Made by a program: the position numbers and the translations under genes. Of a stretch of DNA of 248,000 nt, positions 132,271 to 145,665 are shown in pieces (within the stretch, counting starts at the first letter, position 1; the number at the start of each line of letters is the position of its first letter). The notes beneath the pieces were generated by a model. The model did no database searches. It was given only the letters and a program-made list of their open reading frames with translations, and was not told where the DNA came from. This DNA is from Wallemia ichthyophaga EXF-994 (lineage: Eukaryota > Fungi > Basidiomycota), in NCBI RefSeq assembly GCF_000400465.1, contig NW_008806276.1:20001-268000 (forward strand), read 5' to 3'.

Positions 132271-133311
132271 ATGGATTTTGAACGAGAGGGTAAAGTGAAC
132301 GATCAACGAATAAACGAATCAAGTCAACAAGATGACGCTATCATTACCAAGAGGAAACTACGCACCAATCGTAAGCACGCGCAACTGTTACACCACTCAA
132401 ATCACTCAAACCACTCACACCCCCGCCAGCCTACATTCTACGCTAAAGATCAGAATCAATCTGTCGATTTATCAGCCACTGCGCAACATGCACTCAACAT
132501 CGTCAAGGCGGGTGTAGCAGGTGTAGTATGCCAAGGCAGTACTGCCGAATGGGTCAGTTTGAATGACGACGAGAAAAGCAGCATCACGCAAGCCGTCAGG
132601 AAAATTCTCAACGATCATGGTTTCACTCATGTACCAGTGCTTGCAGGCATAGGCGCACAATCCACCAGACACGCCATCCAGCTGGCCAAATCGGCAGGCG
132701 AGAACGGCGCACAGTACGTGCTTTCACTCCCGCCCTCGTATTTCGCAGCAAGTCTCACTCAAGCGGCGTTGGTTGATTTCTATATTGAAGTGGCTACACA
132801 CTCCCCAGTCCCCCTCCTCATCTACTCCTTCCCGGGCGTGTCGAATGGTGTGACGTTGAGCACTGACACTCTCATTACCCTCGCCGCCCATCCTAAGATC
132901 GTCGGTATCAAGCAGACAGACCATGATATCGGTAAGATGACTCGTTTGGCTGGTCTACATTCACAGACGCAACATGAATATGATTTCGCCGTCTTTGCAG
133001 GCGCGTCTAACTACCTAGTGGCCGCCTTGTCCGTTGGTGCACACGGGTCTATTACAGGCGCTGCCAATTACGCTCCCGAGCTCGTGACGGCTGTACAGGA
133101 AGCATACGATGGCGGCGACACGCGACGCGCCGTTGAGCTGCAGAGGAAGCTGGCCGAGTTGGAAGACACGACAGCTACGGGTGGCATCCCCGGCATCAAG
133201 TTGGCCGCTTGTTGCAAATACGCCTATCACAACCCTCAACCGCGCCATCCTGTGCCTTTGTGCAGCGACACTGTCCACAAGAGCATCGTAGCCGCTATGA
133301 AGGGTATCTAG
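132271..133311 (+). CDS. DHDPS/HOGA-family class I aldolase
   Basis: GSTAE, PLLIYSFPGV, HPKIVGIKQT. Confidence 0.85.
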   Translation: MDFEREGKVNDQRINESSQQDDAIITKRKLRTNRKHAQLLHHSNHSNHSHPRQPTFYAKDQNQSVDLSATAQHALNIVKAGVAGVVCQGSTAEWVSLNDDEKSSITQAVRKILNDHGFTHVPVLAGIGAQSTRHAIQLAKSAGENGAQYVLSLPPSYFAASLTQAALVDFYIEVATHSPVPLLIYSFPGVSNGVTLSTDTLITLAAHPKIVGIKQTDHDIGKMTRLAGLHSQTQHEYDFAVFAGASNYLVAALSVGAHGSITGAANYAPELVTAVQEAYDGGDTRRAVELQRKLAELEDTTATGGIPGIKLAACCKYAYHNPQPRHPVPLCSDTVHKSIVAAMKGI

Positions 133312-133389
133312 ACATAATGGGCATGTAAATGTAATGCGCACATGTATCGAACCTATCATATACATATAACATATACACACACACGCACA

Positions 133390-135343
133390 TCAAATCATTA
133401 TCCTGTCCTCTATGTCATCGCGCACCCTCTGTATCCACGACTTGGCCGCCGATGCCAACCTCTCAGGATCAATATCGAGGTCGGGGACATTGCCCAAGAG
133501 TTGCTGGTTCTGTGCATTACCTGTGTTCGTTGGCGCTTTGTACACGGTAGGCGCGAAGTGTGTCGCCGCGTCAGCCATCATATCGAGGAATTGACGGCTG
133601 TTAAGGACTGTGTTCCCACCAAGGATAACCCTCGACGCACTTCCCTCTTTAGCCATCTGTTCATTAAGCAGCGTCACACTGCGAGCCTCTTCATAAGTCG
133701 TGCCGCCGACGATAAAGACTATCACCTCCTGCGGTCTGTAAGTATACACACTAGCATCAGGCTGTTGCTGCGTTGGCGAGAAAGGCGCCATGGCAGGATA
133801 GCTGCTCTCTTTTAACCGCCCCTTCATTAGCAGATCTACCGTTTGGGAGAGATGCGGAGTGTGCTGTGTATACACATTCTCAACCCCCTGTAATCCCTTC
133901 AACGCCGATCTGCCCCGACTGAAGAAATTGTCATTCATGAATAAATCATCCTGTCGCTTGTCCGCTCCGGCTAAGTTTAGCATCACATATACCAACGCAA
134001 CCCGATGCTGTGGGATGCCTTGCTGTAACAGTTGCGATACTACCGCCTGGATAGCATTCGATGGCATTTTCTGATAGCGGAGTGCATAGAGAATAGAGAG
134101 ACGCACTTTGCTTTCTTGTGGTATATCGGGGCTGTCTATCATTTCTTTGATGGCCTGGTGATTAGTCGTTAGTGTGAGAGCATATTCGAACTGCATATCT
134201 CCTTGTACACACCCTCAAATCCGATGAATGACTCTCATTGCTAGCGAGCGACTGCTCTAATTCAGACACCTGTAGCAACTTCTTATCATCAACAAGTTTA
134301 GATAGCTCCCCAATCAACGTAACGTGCTTGCTGACGTTGTTGCCTAGCTTTTTCATCTCCGGGTATGACTCAACGAATTTTTTCATATCGCTGATAGTTT
134401 CAATGTTTTTTACACTGTCATTCCCACCTATCTTGGCTTGATAATCACTGACATATTGCTTGACATTTGCACCCAAGTCACCAAAGTTTGCAAAAGCGTT
134501 GCGGGTGTAGAATGAGTCGTTGTCTGAAGTGAGAGATAGAAGAAGTTGCTTCTGAGAAGGAGAAATGTTGTCAAAAGCGCGTAAATCCACTTTATCATTT
134601 TCTAAACCGATCAAATCGTGTACCATTGCTTGATATGTCCATTGAGAGAGAAGTGGAGTGACAGGATCGTTTGTTCTGTCGCATAGGAGTAAGGTGGGGG
134701 TGGATTGAGAAGACCTAAAGTTGAATAGTTGAGACTCTGTATTGATATTGTGGGTAATTGAATCAGCCAATGATTTGCAGAGGTTTGAAGATGATTGGTA
134801 TCTAATGATTGGTTTGCGTTTGAGAGAGAGAAGGAGAGCTGTAAGTGAGTTTGTAGTTGAGTTCAAAGAGTGATTATTCCAAGCATCAGGGTTAGTTGAG
134901 TATAGATTGTGCTTCGTTGGAATGAAATTGAGTGAAAAAAGACAGTCACTGAGAGTTAAGTAGTCTAGGAACAACTCCTGACATTCCTTAACAACAGAGT
135001 AGGTGTCTGATGAAGCAAGAATCTCAATTTGATATTTGGTGAGAGTATTTGAGAAGTACAAGTAGTACTGCGAATAGAGTGGATTCGATAGTTCCAAGCA
135101 GAGGTTGTCTATGGATTGTGCAGTTGGAGTAACGAAGACAATACACTTCAAATGACTTATACGCTGTCTATTCCTATTACCAATCTTATCGATCAAATAG
135201 ATTTCCTTGTTGAGTATATTGGTTTGTGAGGTAATTGAACTTATGTAGCTTATCGTGGTGCTATCAAGTAAAAGCGATTTAATTCCAATGACGTCATTTA
135301 AAAGCTTATCTAAATAATTATGTGATGCCTCAATCAACTTCAT
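133390..135343 (-). CDS. VPS45: Sec1/Munc18 protein Vps45
   Basis: DPVTPLLSQWTYQAM, GNNVSKHVTL, YTQHTP, FIVGGTTYEEA. Confidence 0.95.
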
Positions 135344-135360
135344 GATGGTGAATACCTGCG

Positions 135361-136374
135361 ATGATCAATTTCATTCATTTCATCAAATATCCGAGAATTT
135401 TAAATGGAAGCTTAGTCTTCTCTGTTTCAATATCTAATGACCTTAGAACTGAATTCTTGGAACCCACAAATCCTATTCAGATCAATGCAGCTGTTTTGAT
135501 TCACAATCGGCAATCAAAACCAATAAAACTGGATAACGTTTTAATTTACGCTTCTTCACGTGATGGATATAAAGTTATTGATCTTCCTCTCTCTGTTGCA
135601 GGTCTAAGCCCCTCAGACACCTTTAGTCTACTCATTTATACGAAAAACTCATCAATCAAGCCAAATTTGAAGGATGTGTTACATTTGCAACACCCAATCC
135701 CATTACAATCACTCCCTTCTTCTTTAAATCAAGCTCAATACCTTCAACAGCGTTCTTTCACTGTAAACACGCAGCAATTACACATTGTTGAACACACGTC
135801 GTTCGATTTGGATAAAAAGTTATGGGATAGTGGATTGGCTTTAAGTGGAGACCTGATTAGCTGTTTAAATACCTATTTAGACCTCTCAAAATCACTGAAA
135901 ATACTTGAATTAGGTACAGGTACAGGAATTGTATCAATTACTCTCGCAACTCTGCTATCACAGATGTCTAAACAGTCGCACACAATCACTGCAACTGATT
136001 TAAACAGCGCTATACCCCTTCTTCGGAGCAATACCAAGAGAAACGCTCACCTTTACAAAAACATTGAAATACAACCAAAAGAGCTGTCTTGGGGATCAAA
136101 TAGCTCGCTTGAGAGTGTAGAGTATGATATCATTATTGCTGCCGACATTACATACAATATGTCATCGTTCCAACTTCTGCGAAACACTTTATCCAACTTA
136201 TTCACCGCGAATCCATCAACCAAGCTAATTCTAGCGCACAAATATAGGGATTATCAAGAAGACACCTTCTGGGATCATGCTAGCCAAATAAATCTCAAAT
136301 CGACTCACCTCAAATCTATTGGATGCGGCAGACGAGGCTATGAGACTGAAATATGGGAATTTAAGAGGATGTAA
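135361..136374 (+). CDS. Seven-beta-strand protein lysine methyltransferase (Methyltransf_16)
   Basis: KLWDSG, ILELGTGTGIV, IIAADITY. Confidence 0.8.
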   Translation: MINFIHFIKYPRILNGSLVFSVSISNDLRTEFLEPTNPIQINAAVLIHNRQSKPIKLDNVLIYASSRDGYKVIDLPLSVAGLSPSDTFSLLIYTKNSSIKPNLKDVLHLQHPIPLQSLPSSLNQAQYLQQRSFTVNTQQLHIVEHTSFDLDKKLWDSGLALSGDLISCLNTYLDLSKSLKILELGTGTGIVSITLATLLSQMSKQSHTITATDLNSAIPLLRSNTKRNAHLYKNIEIQPKELSWGSNSSLESVEYDIIIAADITYNMSSFQLLRNTLSNLFTANPSTKLILAHKYRDYQEDTFWDHASQINLKSTHLKSIGCGRRGYETEIWEFKRM

Positions 136375-136457
136375 TAGATGAATACTAATTTATAAATTTA
136401 AATTTATTTGAATTTCAGTTTCAACTCTGTATTAACGCGTTGTAAGCTCCACCCATC

Positions 136458-137482
136458 ATGATGCGCAACGCGGTTGCGGTAACCGCAACGCCAGACAAGT
136501 CAAAATCGAATTGGACAGCGCAGGCGCAAGCGTTTAGTGAAGATGAATCTGATGCGATATTGCAATCATATTTATTAGATGGTGAGTGTGTAGCGGTGCA
136601 GTGAATGGCACACAAAGCTCACCAACACCGCACGCAGTCGACAACAAGCGCAAAGCAATGAAGCTACACCTCGATAGATCTTTAAGCGCTTTCACAGCTC
136701 GCTCTCTCTCCATTCTCGCAAGTGTCCCGAAAGCACTGCACAACCTCACCCTGGGTGAATTTCAGGACAAATTCGGCGGTGATCTCGTACGCGCTGTCCG
136801 CGGCGAGGGCGTTAAAGACGCCACTCATGATCTTGAAGACAATGACCGCGAGGAGGAGTGGGAAGCTGCACGGAAACGGAAGCGGGTGGACAAGGACGGC
136901 GATGGTATTGATCCCAGTCAGAGTCCACAGCTTGAGAAGAAAACTAGTCGGAAGAATACAAAGAAAGTTGCTAAAACACCTTCTGCACGCAGTACACGCT
137001 CAACGAGATCAAAAACTAAGGGCAGAAATGGTGTCAGTGCGGTGAAAGATAGTGAAGATGAAGATTCTCATATGCCTTCTTCCTCTTTTAACCCCACTCT
137101 CACTACACATGATGATTTGCCCGATGAGGCTGAGGTGGAGGCTGAAGTGAGGGCTGGTATGTACAATACCTCAACACATCACACTATCAAACGACGTCCA
137201 TCTATACAGTTAGTGGGGAATGGCATATCGGATCTCAATATCGATCATATCGACCTTCCGAATGCATCCACTAAGAACGAAACGAGATATCTTCACGACA
137301 CAGCTACCCTATTCATTCCCCTTCCCGATGGGACTAAGCTGGCTGTTGATCCTGCGCGGGCTGAGCCTGAAGAGCTCAATAAGCTCGAAGGGGTCAATGA
137401 TGAGATGCGCGATATAGTTCGCAAACAGATTGAAAGGCGTATGCAAGAGTTGGTGGGTTTGATTGATAGATGGAAGACCTAG
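136458..137482 (+). CDS. Borealin/Nbl1-like chromosomal passenger subunit
   Basis: SVPKALHNLTLGEFQDKFGGD resembles the borealin N-terminal motif. Confidence 0.55.
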
Positions 137483-138022
137483 TTGTATAATAACTTGTTG
137501 TATTTATCTTATCTTGAATAGTCATTATGGTTTCTACGTGTTTATCAATAGACGCGTCTCGGTCATCTACGCGTCAGAAATTACCTATGTAGGCAGGAGG
137601 AAAATATCAGGGGAGTGAAGAAATATGTATGCTAGTTATTAAGGTACAAAATTTTTGATGAACTGGTTTTGGTTTTTATGTTGTGATGATTTGAGCAAAG
137701 AGGCCCAGTAGGTGAACCTCTATGGTAGTGAGATGAAGCAGCCTTTAATGAGAAAAGTGAGGTACGTGTCAGATTATCGAGGCTGTCTTAAATGCTTAAA
137801 GACCTCAATTTCCTTCGCAGCGCGTTCCCTTCATACCGGTGAAAATTTAGAATCAAAAAGAATACAAATGCAGGAAATTATACGCTGAAATGCCCACCAA
137901 GCAGCTGATTGTATTAAGGGACACGACAGGAAATAGCCATGTCATGGACTATTTGACAGGCAGTTGACGTATACCCAAGAAAGTCACATTCCTTATAGAA
138001 TTGAGCATAAGTAATAACGATC

Positions 138023-141000
138023 ATGAGCCAACAGATACCTTTAGAAAGAGTAAGGCAAACACAAGCGACGTTTGTTTCGCGCAATGCAGCATCGCACCTA
138101 TGTTCAGACGTGCGCAGTGTAGGAGTATCGCTCGAGTGTCTAGCGACGTTAAACAGTCTGCTCGATGAGATATTGGCGAGGGTGTTGGCGCATGCACACA
138201 GTTTTAGACTTGCACTCCTACGCAGAGCGATACTGGACGTCATAGGCGTGAGCTTTGGACAGAATGCCATTACCGAGGCTGAAATGAAGCTCCAAGTGAG
138301 CTATCCGTTGGGGAGTTATTATAGCGGCGGAGGTAACGAGAACGGAAATGGAAAACTAGGGCAGTTCCCACTAGACGACGCGTTTAATGTAAGTTGATGT
138401 CTCTGATATTGCACTATTGCACTATTGCATCATTGCAGCACTCTAATGAACACCTTAGACACTGCGGTACAACGCCATCCTCAAATCCAAATACTCGGAT
138501 CCGGGACTGCAGTCACTCACACTAGCAGCCACGCTCGAGACCAAGCTGTACGAATCGCTTAGTAACCACGTGCTGGATCTGGGGAGCATTCCAGTTGCGG
138601 GGATATACATGTCGGGGGTGCTGGAGTGCGTGACGGAGACGATATGCGCGGATATCGCAACGGTCGTTGTGCGCTCGAGTACCAAACATGAAGCGCGTCT
138701 CGAAGACCTCTACGATGCAATACAAGGTGGTGAGACTGCTGGCGGGAGTGGGCAGAGCTGACGCGCGACGCAGAGAATGATCACGTCAACAGCGTTATAC
138801 AGGGGATGCTGATGAAGGATGAGATTGAGCTGAAAGTGAATCAGGCGGAGGAGAGAAGGCGGTCGATAACGAGTCAAGTTAGTGCGATCAGCAGGATATC
138901 GCAGGCGACGCAAGGGAATAGAGTTGGTAAAAGCAGGCCACCATCTATAGATACAGCCCAATCAAATACAATGCATAGACACTCTTCAAGTATCGGCGCT
139001 AGGCTGTTCAGTGGTCTGCACACACCAGTCAGCGCAACTAGCAGGGATAGCAGGGACAGCACAGACAGTACCACTATCGCTGGCAGACGCTCCTCCAGTT
139101 ATCTTAGGAAATTAAAAAATACTCCGGAAATTGTAAGTGGAGCTCGTTCCTCTCGACACCCACGACCAAGTTAGAGTTGACTCAGACTCGCAGTGTGAAA
139201 CAGAAAGCACGGACAAGAAAATATTCGACAACATTTTGAATAACAAGGATACGGTGAAACTATCATTAACACCTACGACAGTACACGTGAGTTGGTGGTG
139301 TCTGTGCGGGGACCGTTGACGATGCTGACGACGACTCAGACACAGAAAGCAAGCAATATGAGCTACGCGCACGCGGCAAACACTATACACACCATAGACA
139401 CGCTCAATGAAGATCACGAGCTGGACGATTCCGATGAAGTGGACTCGCTCAGTGAAGAAATCGGCAGAAAACCCAACAAGAAGGAGTCGCTGATCGATTT
139501 CCTCAATAGCACACCGCCCTGGGAAAACGGCGGTGGGCGTGTACCTCATAACCCACACCAATCACACCACAGCCTGCCTTCGTCCGTAGACGACGAGCAG
139601 CACGGACGCACACCAGGACTGTCCAACTTCAGCCGCGACCTCATAGCGTTCCTCAACACAGAACCGCCCGGCGGAACACCGAAGCCATTGAACGAGAAGA
139701 AGAGCACCAACAAATTCAAGAGCATTTTCAAGGGCAAAGGGGGTGGTGGCAGTGGTGGAAGTGTGGCCAGTACAGGCAGCGGTAGCGTCGAGAGCCATAA
139801 TAACAAGAAGACGGCGAATAAAATTAGCGTTCCTGCGTCTGTCCTCCACACTGCAGCATCGAGTAACGGTCTGAATGGATTGGGCGGCGCGGGAAGCGTG
139901 AGCAGTGCGCGCAGTACCAGTCTAGGACACACAAGTGCAATGAGCAATGCGCGCACAACCACCGCACCCAAATCTAGTTTTTCCACATTGCGCTATTCGG
140001 AGCCAGACAGGCAGTCAGCGTATTCGGAGGAAGCGGGATCGGGAGCAGGAGCAGGGATTGGAGTGTCAAACTCGTCGTGTCCACCGCCAATACTGACGAA
140101 TGGATATGGCCATACACCTCCTGCACCTGCACCTGCACCTGCACCAACGCAAACAACAGAAAAACTTCCTCCGATTCAGTCACCGTTGCCCATGTCGACA
140201 TCATTCACCAGATCGCCCTCTCCTCAGCTATCGTTGTCGGCGTCAGTATCTCCGGCGTCGTATGTGCATATGCAGCAGTCTCAACAGCAGCAGCTACCGA
140301 TCGCAAGCACGAGTTCTGCGATTGCAGATCAGTACGCAGCGGCTGTGCTGAGACGAACGCAGTCTACGCATCAGAATTTGAATTTGAACAGCGCAAATGG
140401 AAGTGCAAATGCGAATGCGAATGCAAACACCAACACAAACAATAACAATAACACTAACGCCTCCGCCAATCTCACTCCACCGCTGCCATCACTCCCCTCA
140501 TATACCAGACCCAGCAGTCCAAAGGCGGAAGAGGTATACGGCACACACAGCCCGTGCAGTCGGTCGCACAGCACCTCCCAGAGTCTACGACGCGACGGGA
140601 AGCCGTCGCCAATCCGCAAACCTGTCCCAGCGCTGGACAGTGGGGGAGAAGTGGGAGAAGAGATTGAAGGTGGAGAGAGGCATATGACGCAGCGGGCGAA
140701 CGAGGGAAGGGGACACAATGGGGCGCAGCAGCACAATCAAAAACAGACCCAAACCCAGACCCAGAAACAGACACAGAAGAACGATTCACAAACCGAGAAA
140801 GATAAGCACGACAGCACATCCACCAACGAACGCTACAGCACAGCTGTGCAGACAGCCAGCAGGGCAAGCAGTCAAACACCCTACTCTCAGCACACACGCG
140901 ACACGGATGATGCATATATACACAAAGGTACACTTGTCAAGATGCACAACATACTTGCACATGCACAGACGGCTGACGAATGCAGGCTGTACCTCGATGC

Positions 141001-141631
141001 CTTCCTCAAGAGCGTGAAGGTAGCCATGCCGCAAGAGGAAGAGGATGGGGCTGAGGGTGAGGTGGTATCGGGGGCGTCAGGTGTGTCAGGCAGCTCAGCC
141101 AGTGCAAGGATGTCAGGCGCGTCAAGAGCCTCAATGCAGCCGCAACAGAGCACCGGCGAGCTGAGCCACCATGCGGATATCAATGAAGTGGGTGTGAGCG
141201 GGACTGGGAGCGCGATTGTTAGCGCCAGTGCCATTCCCATGTCTATCAGCGAAGATAGGAGGGAGGACGATGATGAACACACTCAATCCCCCTCCAGGCA
141301 AGCCGTCGAGATCGACCACGCCAGCTCACAATCATCCCTTCCGCATCTCGTTGGGCAGCAAGGCAGCAGTGATGAGATGGATGAAGTGGATAATGCGGAT
141401 GAGAAGGAGAGGCCAATTCGGTACACCTACACACATACACATTCACCTACGGAAATGAGCACACCAGGGGCTACACCCATCACCACACCCATAACGCCAA
141501 CAGCTACTTCACCGTATAGAAGCGACAACAGGACTTCAGAGGATAACTTTGTTACCAAGTGGCTGATGGGAGATAGTCAGGCACATACAGGAAACGGAAT
141601 CCAGGTGGAGATCACGGATAGTGGTGTTTAG
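138023..141631 (+). CDS. Large uncharacterised protein with histone-fold-like N-terminus and low-complexity C-terminus
   Basis: Same-strand ORFs joined by short introns; repeated LIDFLNSTPP/LIAFLNTEPP. Confidence 0.5.
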
Positions 141632-141691
141632 GAGTTGAGATGTCTCGGATAATTTTCACGTTGTACAGTTGAGTAAAGATAATTACAGAGA

Positions 141692-142108
141692 TTAGAGAGA
141701 TACGCCTGTATTCTTAGTGTGTTTTTCGTGTTTTTCGTGCTTTTCGTGCTCGTCGTGCTTGTTTTGCTCGTTCTCACCACCATTCAACTTGAATTTGAGT
141801 AAAGCGACGCGTTCTCGCTGACTAGAGATGGTGTACTCGTTCTCTTTGATGGTGTTGGTGATTAGGGAGTAGTCGTCATCAGAATCGTCGTCAACTACGC
141901 GCAGCTGCTGTGTATCTTCAGAGGCAGCAATTTCAGCGTCGCGTGTGCCAATCGATTGGCTGTCAAAGCCACCGTCAAATTGAGATTGCAGATTCGTTGT
142001 CTTTGGTAAGTAAGTGAGTAGCTCGCTGTTGGAACGGATAAGGTGGTTGATAGAGTTATCTAACCTCTTGATCTCGGCAATATCGGCATCAACTGAGTAT
142101 AAATCCAT
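141692..142108 (-). CDS. Small coiled-coil protein
   Basis: EIKRLDNSINHLIRSNSEL...IKENEYTISSQRER. Confidence 0.5.
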   Translation of the reverse strand: MDLYSVDADIAEIKRLDNSINHLIRSNSELLTYLPKTTNLQSQFDGGFDSQSIGTRDAEIAASEDTQQLRVVDDDSDDDYSLITNTIKENEYTISSQRERVALLKFKLNGGENEQNKHDEHEKHEKHEKHTKNTGVSL

Positions 142109-142175
142109 GAATATTTTCTGCTTTACGTCGTTCTAAGTGGTTGATTAGAAGCAGCCAGAGCGACCATCACCGAGA

Positions 142176-144448
142176 ATGAGCAAATTACTCTACTCAAAAT
142201 CTAAAGTGAATATAAATACCGCAAAATGTAAAATACCGGGGAATTTAGCTTTGGTTGAAGATCCCAATGACTCTATAACGATTAGCTGGTTACCAGAGAC
142301 AATCCTTAAGGAACTGGATGAAGAGGACAAATTTGTCTTAGTTGAATCAACCAATAAGATTGAAGTTATTGTTAATCCTCCACCGCACATAAACGATTCA
142401 TACGCCTTCAATTATCCAATTTCTGACATATACTCAATAATGCTTAATCCTCCTTCTATTTCTAATTGGTATGGTACTGTTACTATTAATCTTCAAGGCG
142501 GTGTTACTCTCCCTGTGTTGCACTTCCATGATGACGAAATTACGTCATCATCGATACCTAGAACACGAGGCACTTGGGGTGGAAATGAGTTTATAAGCTG
142601 TCTTCGTCTTTATATATCTCTTTTGCAATCTCAAATCACCAACAACCTTTTCCTCGTTGATCCTAATCCGATCGATAAAACTTTTCATCAACAGCCACAG
142701 CCACAGTCACAACCACCGACGCAACAATCACTCCTTCACTATGCTCTAAACCCACAATCAACTCACTCTCAACGCATTTCTACACGCTTCAACTCCCACC
142801 AACGCGACAACTCAACTACTACTATGAAAGGTTTCTTTCCAGATAATGTCGCTGATGCAACTCCCGCTGTGAATAACTTCACTTCAGTATATCAAAATAC
142901 CCTTACAAGCTTCGCAAACATTTCCCGCTTTTCAAAACAAACTGCTCATAATATTCTGTCTCACCCACTCGCTCAACCAATCCTTCCACACCTCCCGACT
143001 CCCGTGCAGAGCAGAGCAGTTGCTGGACGCAGTCACGCAGGTGAATACGACAGCGCTCGCATCTACCTAGCCAAATGGGCGCGCAAAGTGGCTGAAGAGG
143101 GTGACAGGAATAGTGGCCAGGGGGGTGAGAGGAGAGAGGGAGTAGGAGTAATGAGACCATCAAGTAACTCAGTGGACGAAAATATACAAACAGTTGACGG
143201 CAGTGTAGAGAGTGATTTAGGTAATTTCCAGCTACTCAACGTTTCCTCAGAAAGGTGTACACGAGATCCAACTCATCCAATCACTCTCCCAGAGTGTACA
143301 GCCTGGTTCGATCATACTGGCAAGCCCCTCATTAGTGAGTCGGAGATGCGCGAGCGTGTTTTTAGAAGGGGCACTGAAAGTACCGCTAAGAGTCTTATCT
143401 GGCCATTCATTCTCTCCGTTATACCGTGGGATACAACGCATCAAGACAGGCAATCTGCTTGGGATGACTTGGATACCCAGTATGTACAGCTGAAGAGCAC
143501 GTGGAAGAATCTCGATGTATTCCACGATAAACAAGTTACCGAAGAGCGTCATCGCATTCGCGTCGATTGCCTGCGCACTGATCGAAATGTCCCTCTCTTT
143601 GCCAAGAGCGACAGTGAGCTCAACGAGCTCAAACTGGGTATTGCGGAGTTGGGTGAGAATGGGAGTACGAGTGGGAGTGGTGATAGCAGTGAGGACAAAC
143701 ACAGCGACAGCAAAGAAGGCTCATCACAGGCTTATAGCAATGTCCACGTTCGCAAGCTGCAGGGTATCCTTCTCACATACAATTTCTACGAAAAAGGATT
143801 GGGATATGTCCAGGGCATGTCTGATCTTATCGCTCCTCTTTACGTTATCAGCGAGGCTAATGAATCAACTACGTTCTGGCTTTTTGTCAACTTGATGAAC
143901 CGCACCAAGGAGAATTTCGCAGCTGATCAGAAAGGCATGTCGAGGAAATTAATAACGCTGCAAGATTTGATTAGAGTGATGGATCCACAACTCTACCAAC
144001 ACTTTAAACAGAGTGACAACCTCAATATGTTCTTCTGCTTTAGGTGGATATTGGTGATGTTCAAGAGGGAGTTTTTGTTTAGTGATATTATCACATTGTG
144101 GGAGGTGAGTTGGGGTTGGTAAATATTACACACTCACTTATATCAATAATTTTCTTAGGCACTCTTCACTCGCCCTGTTCAACAACAATTTGAACTATTC
144201 GTCGCACTTGCTGTGCTTGAGTCACATCGCGATATCATTCTGAGATATTTAATGGAGGTGCGTTTTAATTATCACCTCAACCACATCCTTGCTCACAAAG
144301 ACAGTTTGATGAAATGCTCAAATATTGCAATGACCTTAGTGGTACGATTGATGTGCATAAAACACTCAATACCGCTCAAGTGCTTTATGATAACTTATTT
144401 ACACTACACAATACCACAAGAGGGAAGAACTTTACAGATAATCTAGTT
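142176..144448 (+). CDS. GYP7: TBC-domain Rab GAP Gyp7
   Basis: LLYSKSKV, IRVDCLRTDR, GYVQGMSDL, FFCFRWILVMFKREF. Confidence 0.9.
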
Positions 144449-144477
144449 GAATTGGTTGTGTAGCAAGATGACAAGAA

Positions 144478-145554
144478 CTAAAAATACAATCTCAACGCAG
144501 CAGAGGATTGAGATTCAGCAGGACAATAAGGACACTTAACTCTACCACCGCCTTTAGATAACTTGGATAAGCTATCATTGGCTAGAACATGCCCACATGA
144601 TAGCATCATTGGTGGGTTTGTGTCAGTTGTCTGTTCTTTGCTAATTGGGCAGGTGAATACGCTATGAAATTTGTATTTGTCTTGTAGAGGTACTTGTACA
144701 GGTAATTCATCAGATTGAGACCATTCTGTGCGTGTTTTCTGTATCAATTGATTGAATCGTGAAAGAATGGGGAGAGCAGAACCACCGCCGATGTCTAGAG
144801 TGAGTTTGAGATGATCAATTTTCGGGATGTCGTTGATTGTGCACCAGGAGTGTTCAAATGTAGGTACGAGTAAATTTGAGTGAATTGCATCTGTTGTGAG
144901 ATAAGAGTAAGGTGAGTTAGCGAGATCTTTGAAGGCAAGTGAAGCTAAAAGGGAGCTAGCAGGTTTAGAAAATTGTGGTGATGATAAGTAGGGTGATAAG
145001 TTTTGTTTGAAGTAATTGAGGCTGTCTAGGGAGGAATTGAATTGTGAAAATTTTGATCGGTGTAGGTAGAAAAGGAGAGGGGAATTGAGAGGATGTTGGT
145101 AATGATTAGCCCAATCCAGAGCAGATGTGAGATTGTTAGATTTGAGTTGATTTATGATTGTGTTTAAGGATGTTATTTTGTTGATGTAACTGGGCTCAAA
145201 TGCGATTTTATAAACGCTGCAGAAGTCGTTAAACACGTCCAACCATCCTAATCTCAATAAGTAAGCAGCTATAGCTTTGTTTAGGTTGTAATCGTGGTTG
145301 AAGTCTACAGTGGGAATTGTAGATTGAGGCTGTGAATTCAAAGACTTGTCAATACGTTTTATTAACTTATAGTTATCCAAATTATTTTCATTTATCTGAG
145401 TGATGTCATTTGCAATGGTGGCTGGGTTAACTGATGCCGAATCTGAAGCCGATGCCAAATCCCTCAAGCCTTCCAAACTACCAATTAATTTATCCAAATT
145501 ATTTAAATTTGATTTTATTTCATTTTTATTTGTCAACGTGATTACATTTTCCAT
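144478..145554 (-). CDS. RMD5: GID complex RING subunit Rmd5
   Basis: FHSVFTCPISKEQ, NPPMMLSCGHV, KCPYCP. Confidence 0.88.
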   Translation of the reverse strand: MENVITLTNKNEIKSNLNNLDKLIGSLEGLRDLASASDSASVNPATIANDITQINENNLDNYKLIKRIDKSLNSQPQSTIPTVDFNHDYNLNKAIAAYLLRLGWLDVFNDFCSVYKIAFEPSYINKITSLNTIINQLKSNNLTSALDWANHYQHPLNSPLLFYLHRSKFSQFNSSLDSLNYFKQNLSPYLSSPQFSKPASSLLASLAFKDLANSPYSYLTTDAIHSNLLVPTFEHSWCTINDIPKIDHLKLTLDIGGGSALPILSRFNQLIQKTRTEWSQSDELPVQVPLQDKYKFHSVFTCPISKEQTTDTNPPMMLSCGHVLANDSLSKLSKGGGRVKCPYCPAESQSSAALRLYF

Positions 145555-145665
145555 TCTAACTTGATAGTTGAATGCTAAGTGTCATCAATGGAGGTGTGTT
145601 ATAAATTAAAGCGCGTTTTATTTTCTAAAAAAATATCAAGACATCCTCTTCAATACCCAGCCTGA

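Noticed and set aside
132271-133311. DHDPS-like gene as a bacterial horizontal transfer
   Set aside because: DHDPS/HOGA-like aldolases are widespread in fungi, and composition matches the neighbouring genes.
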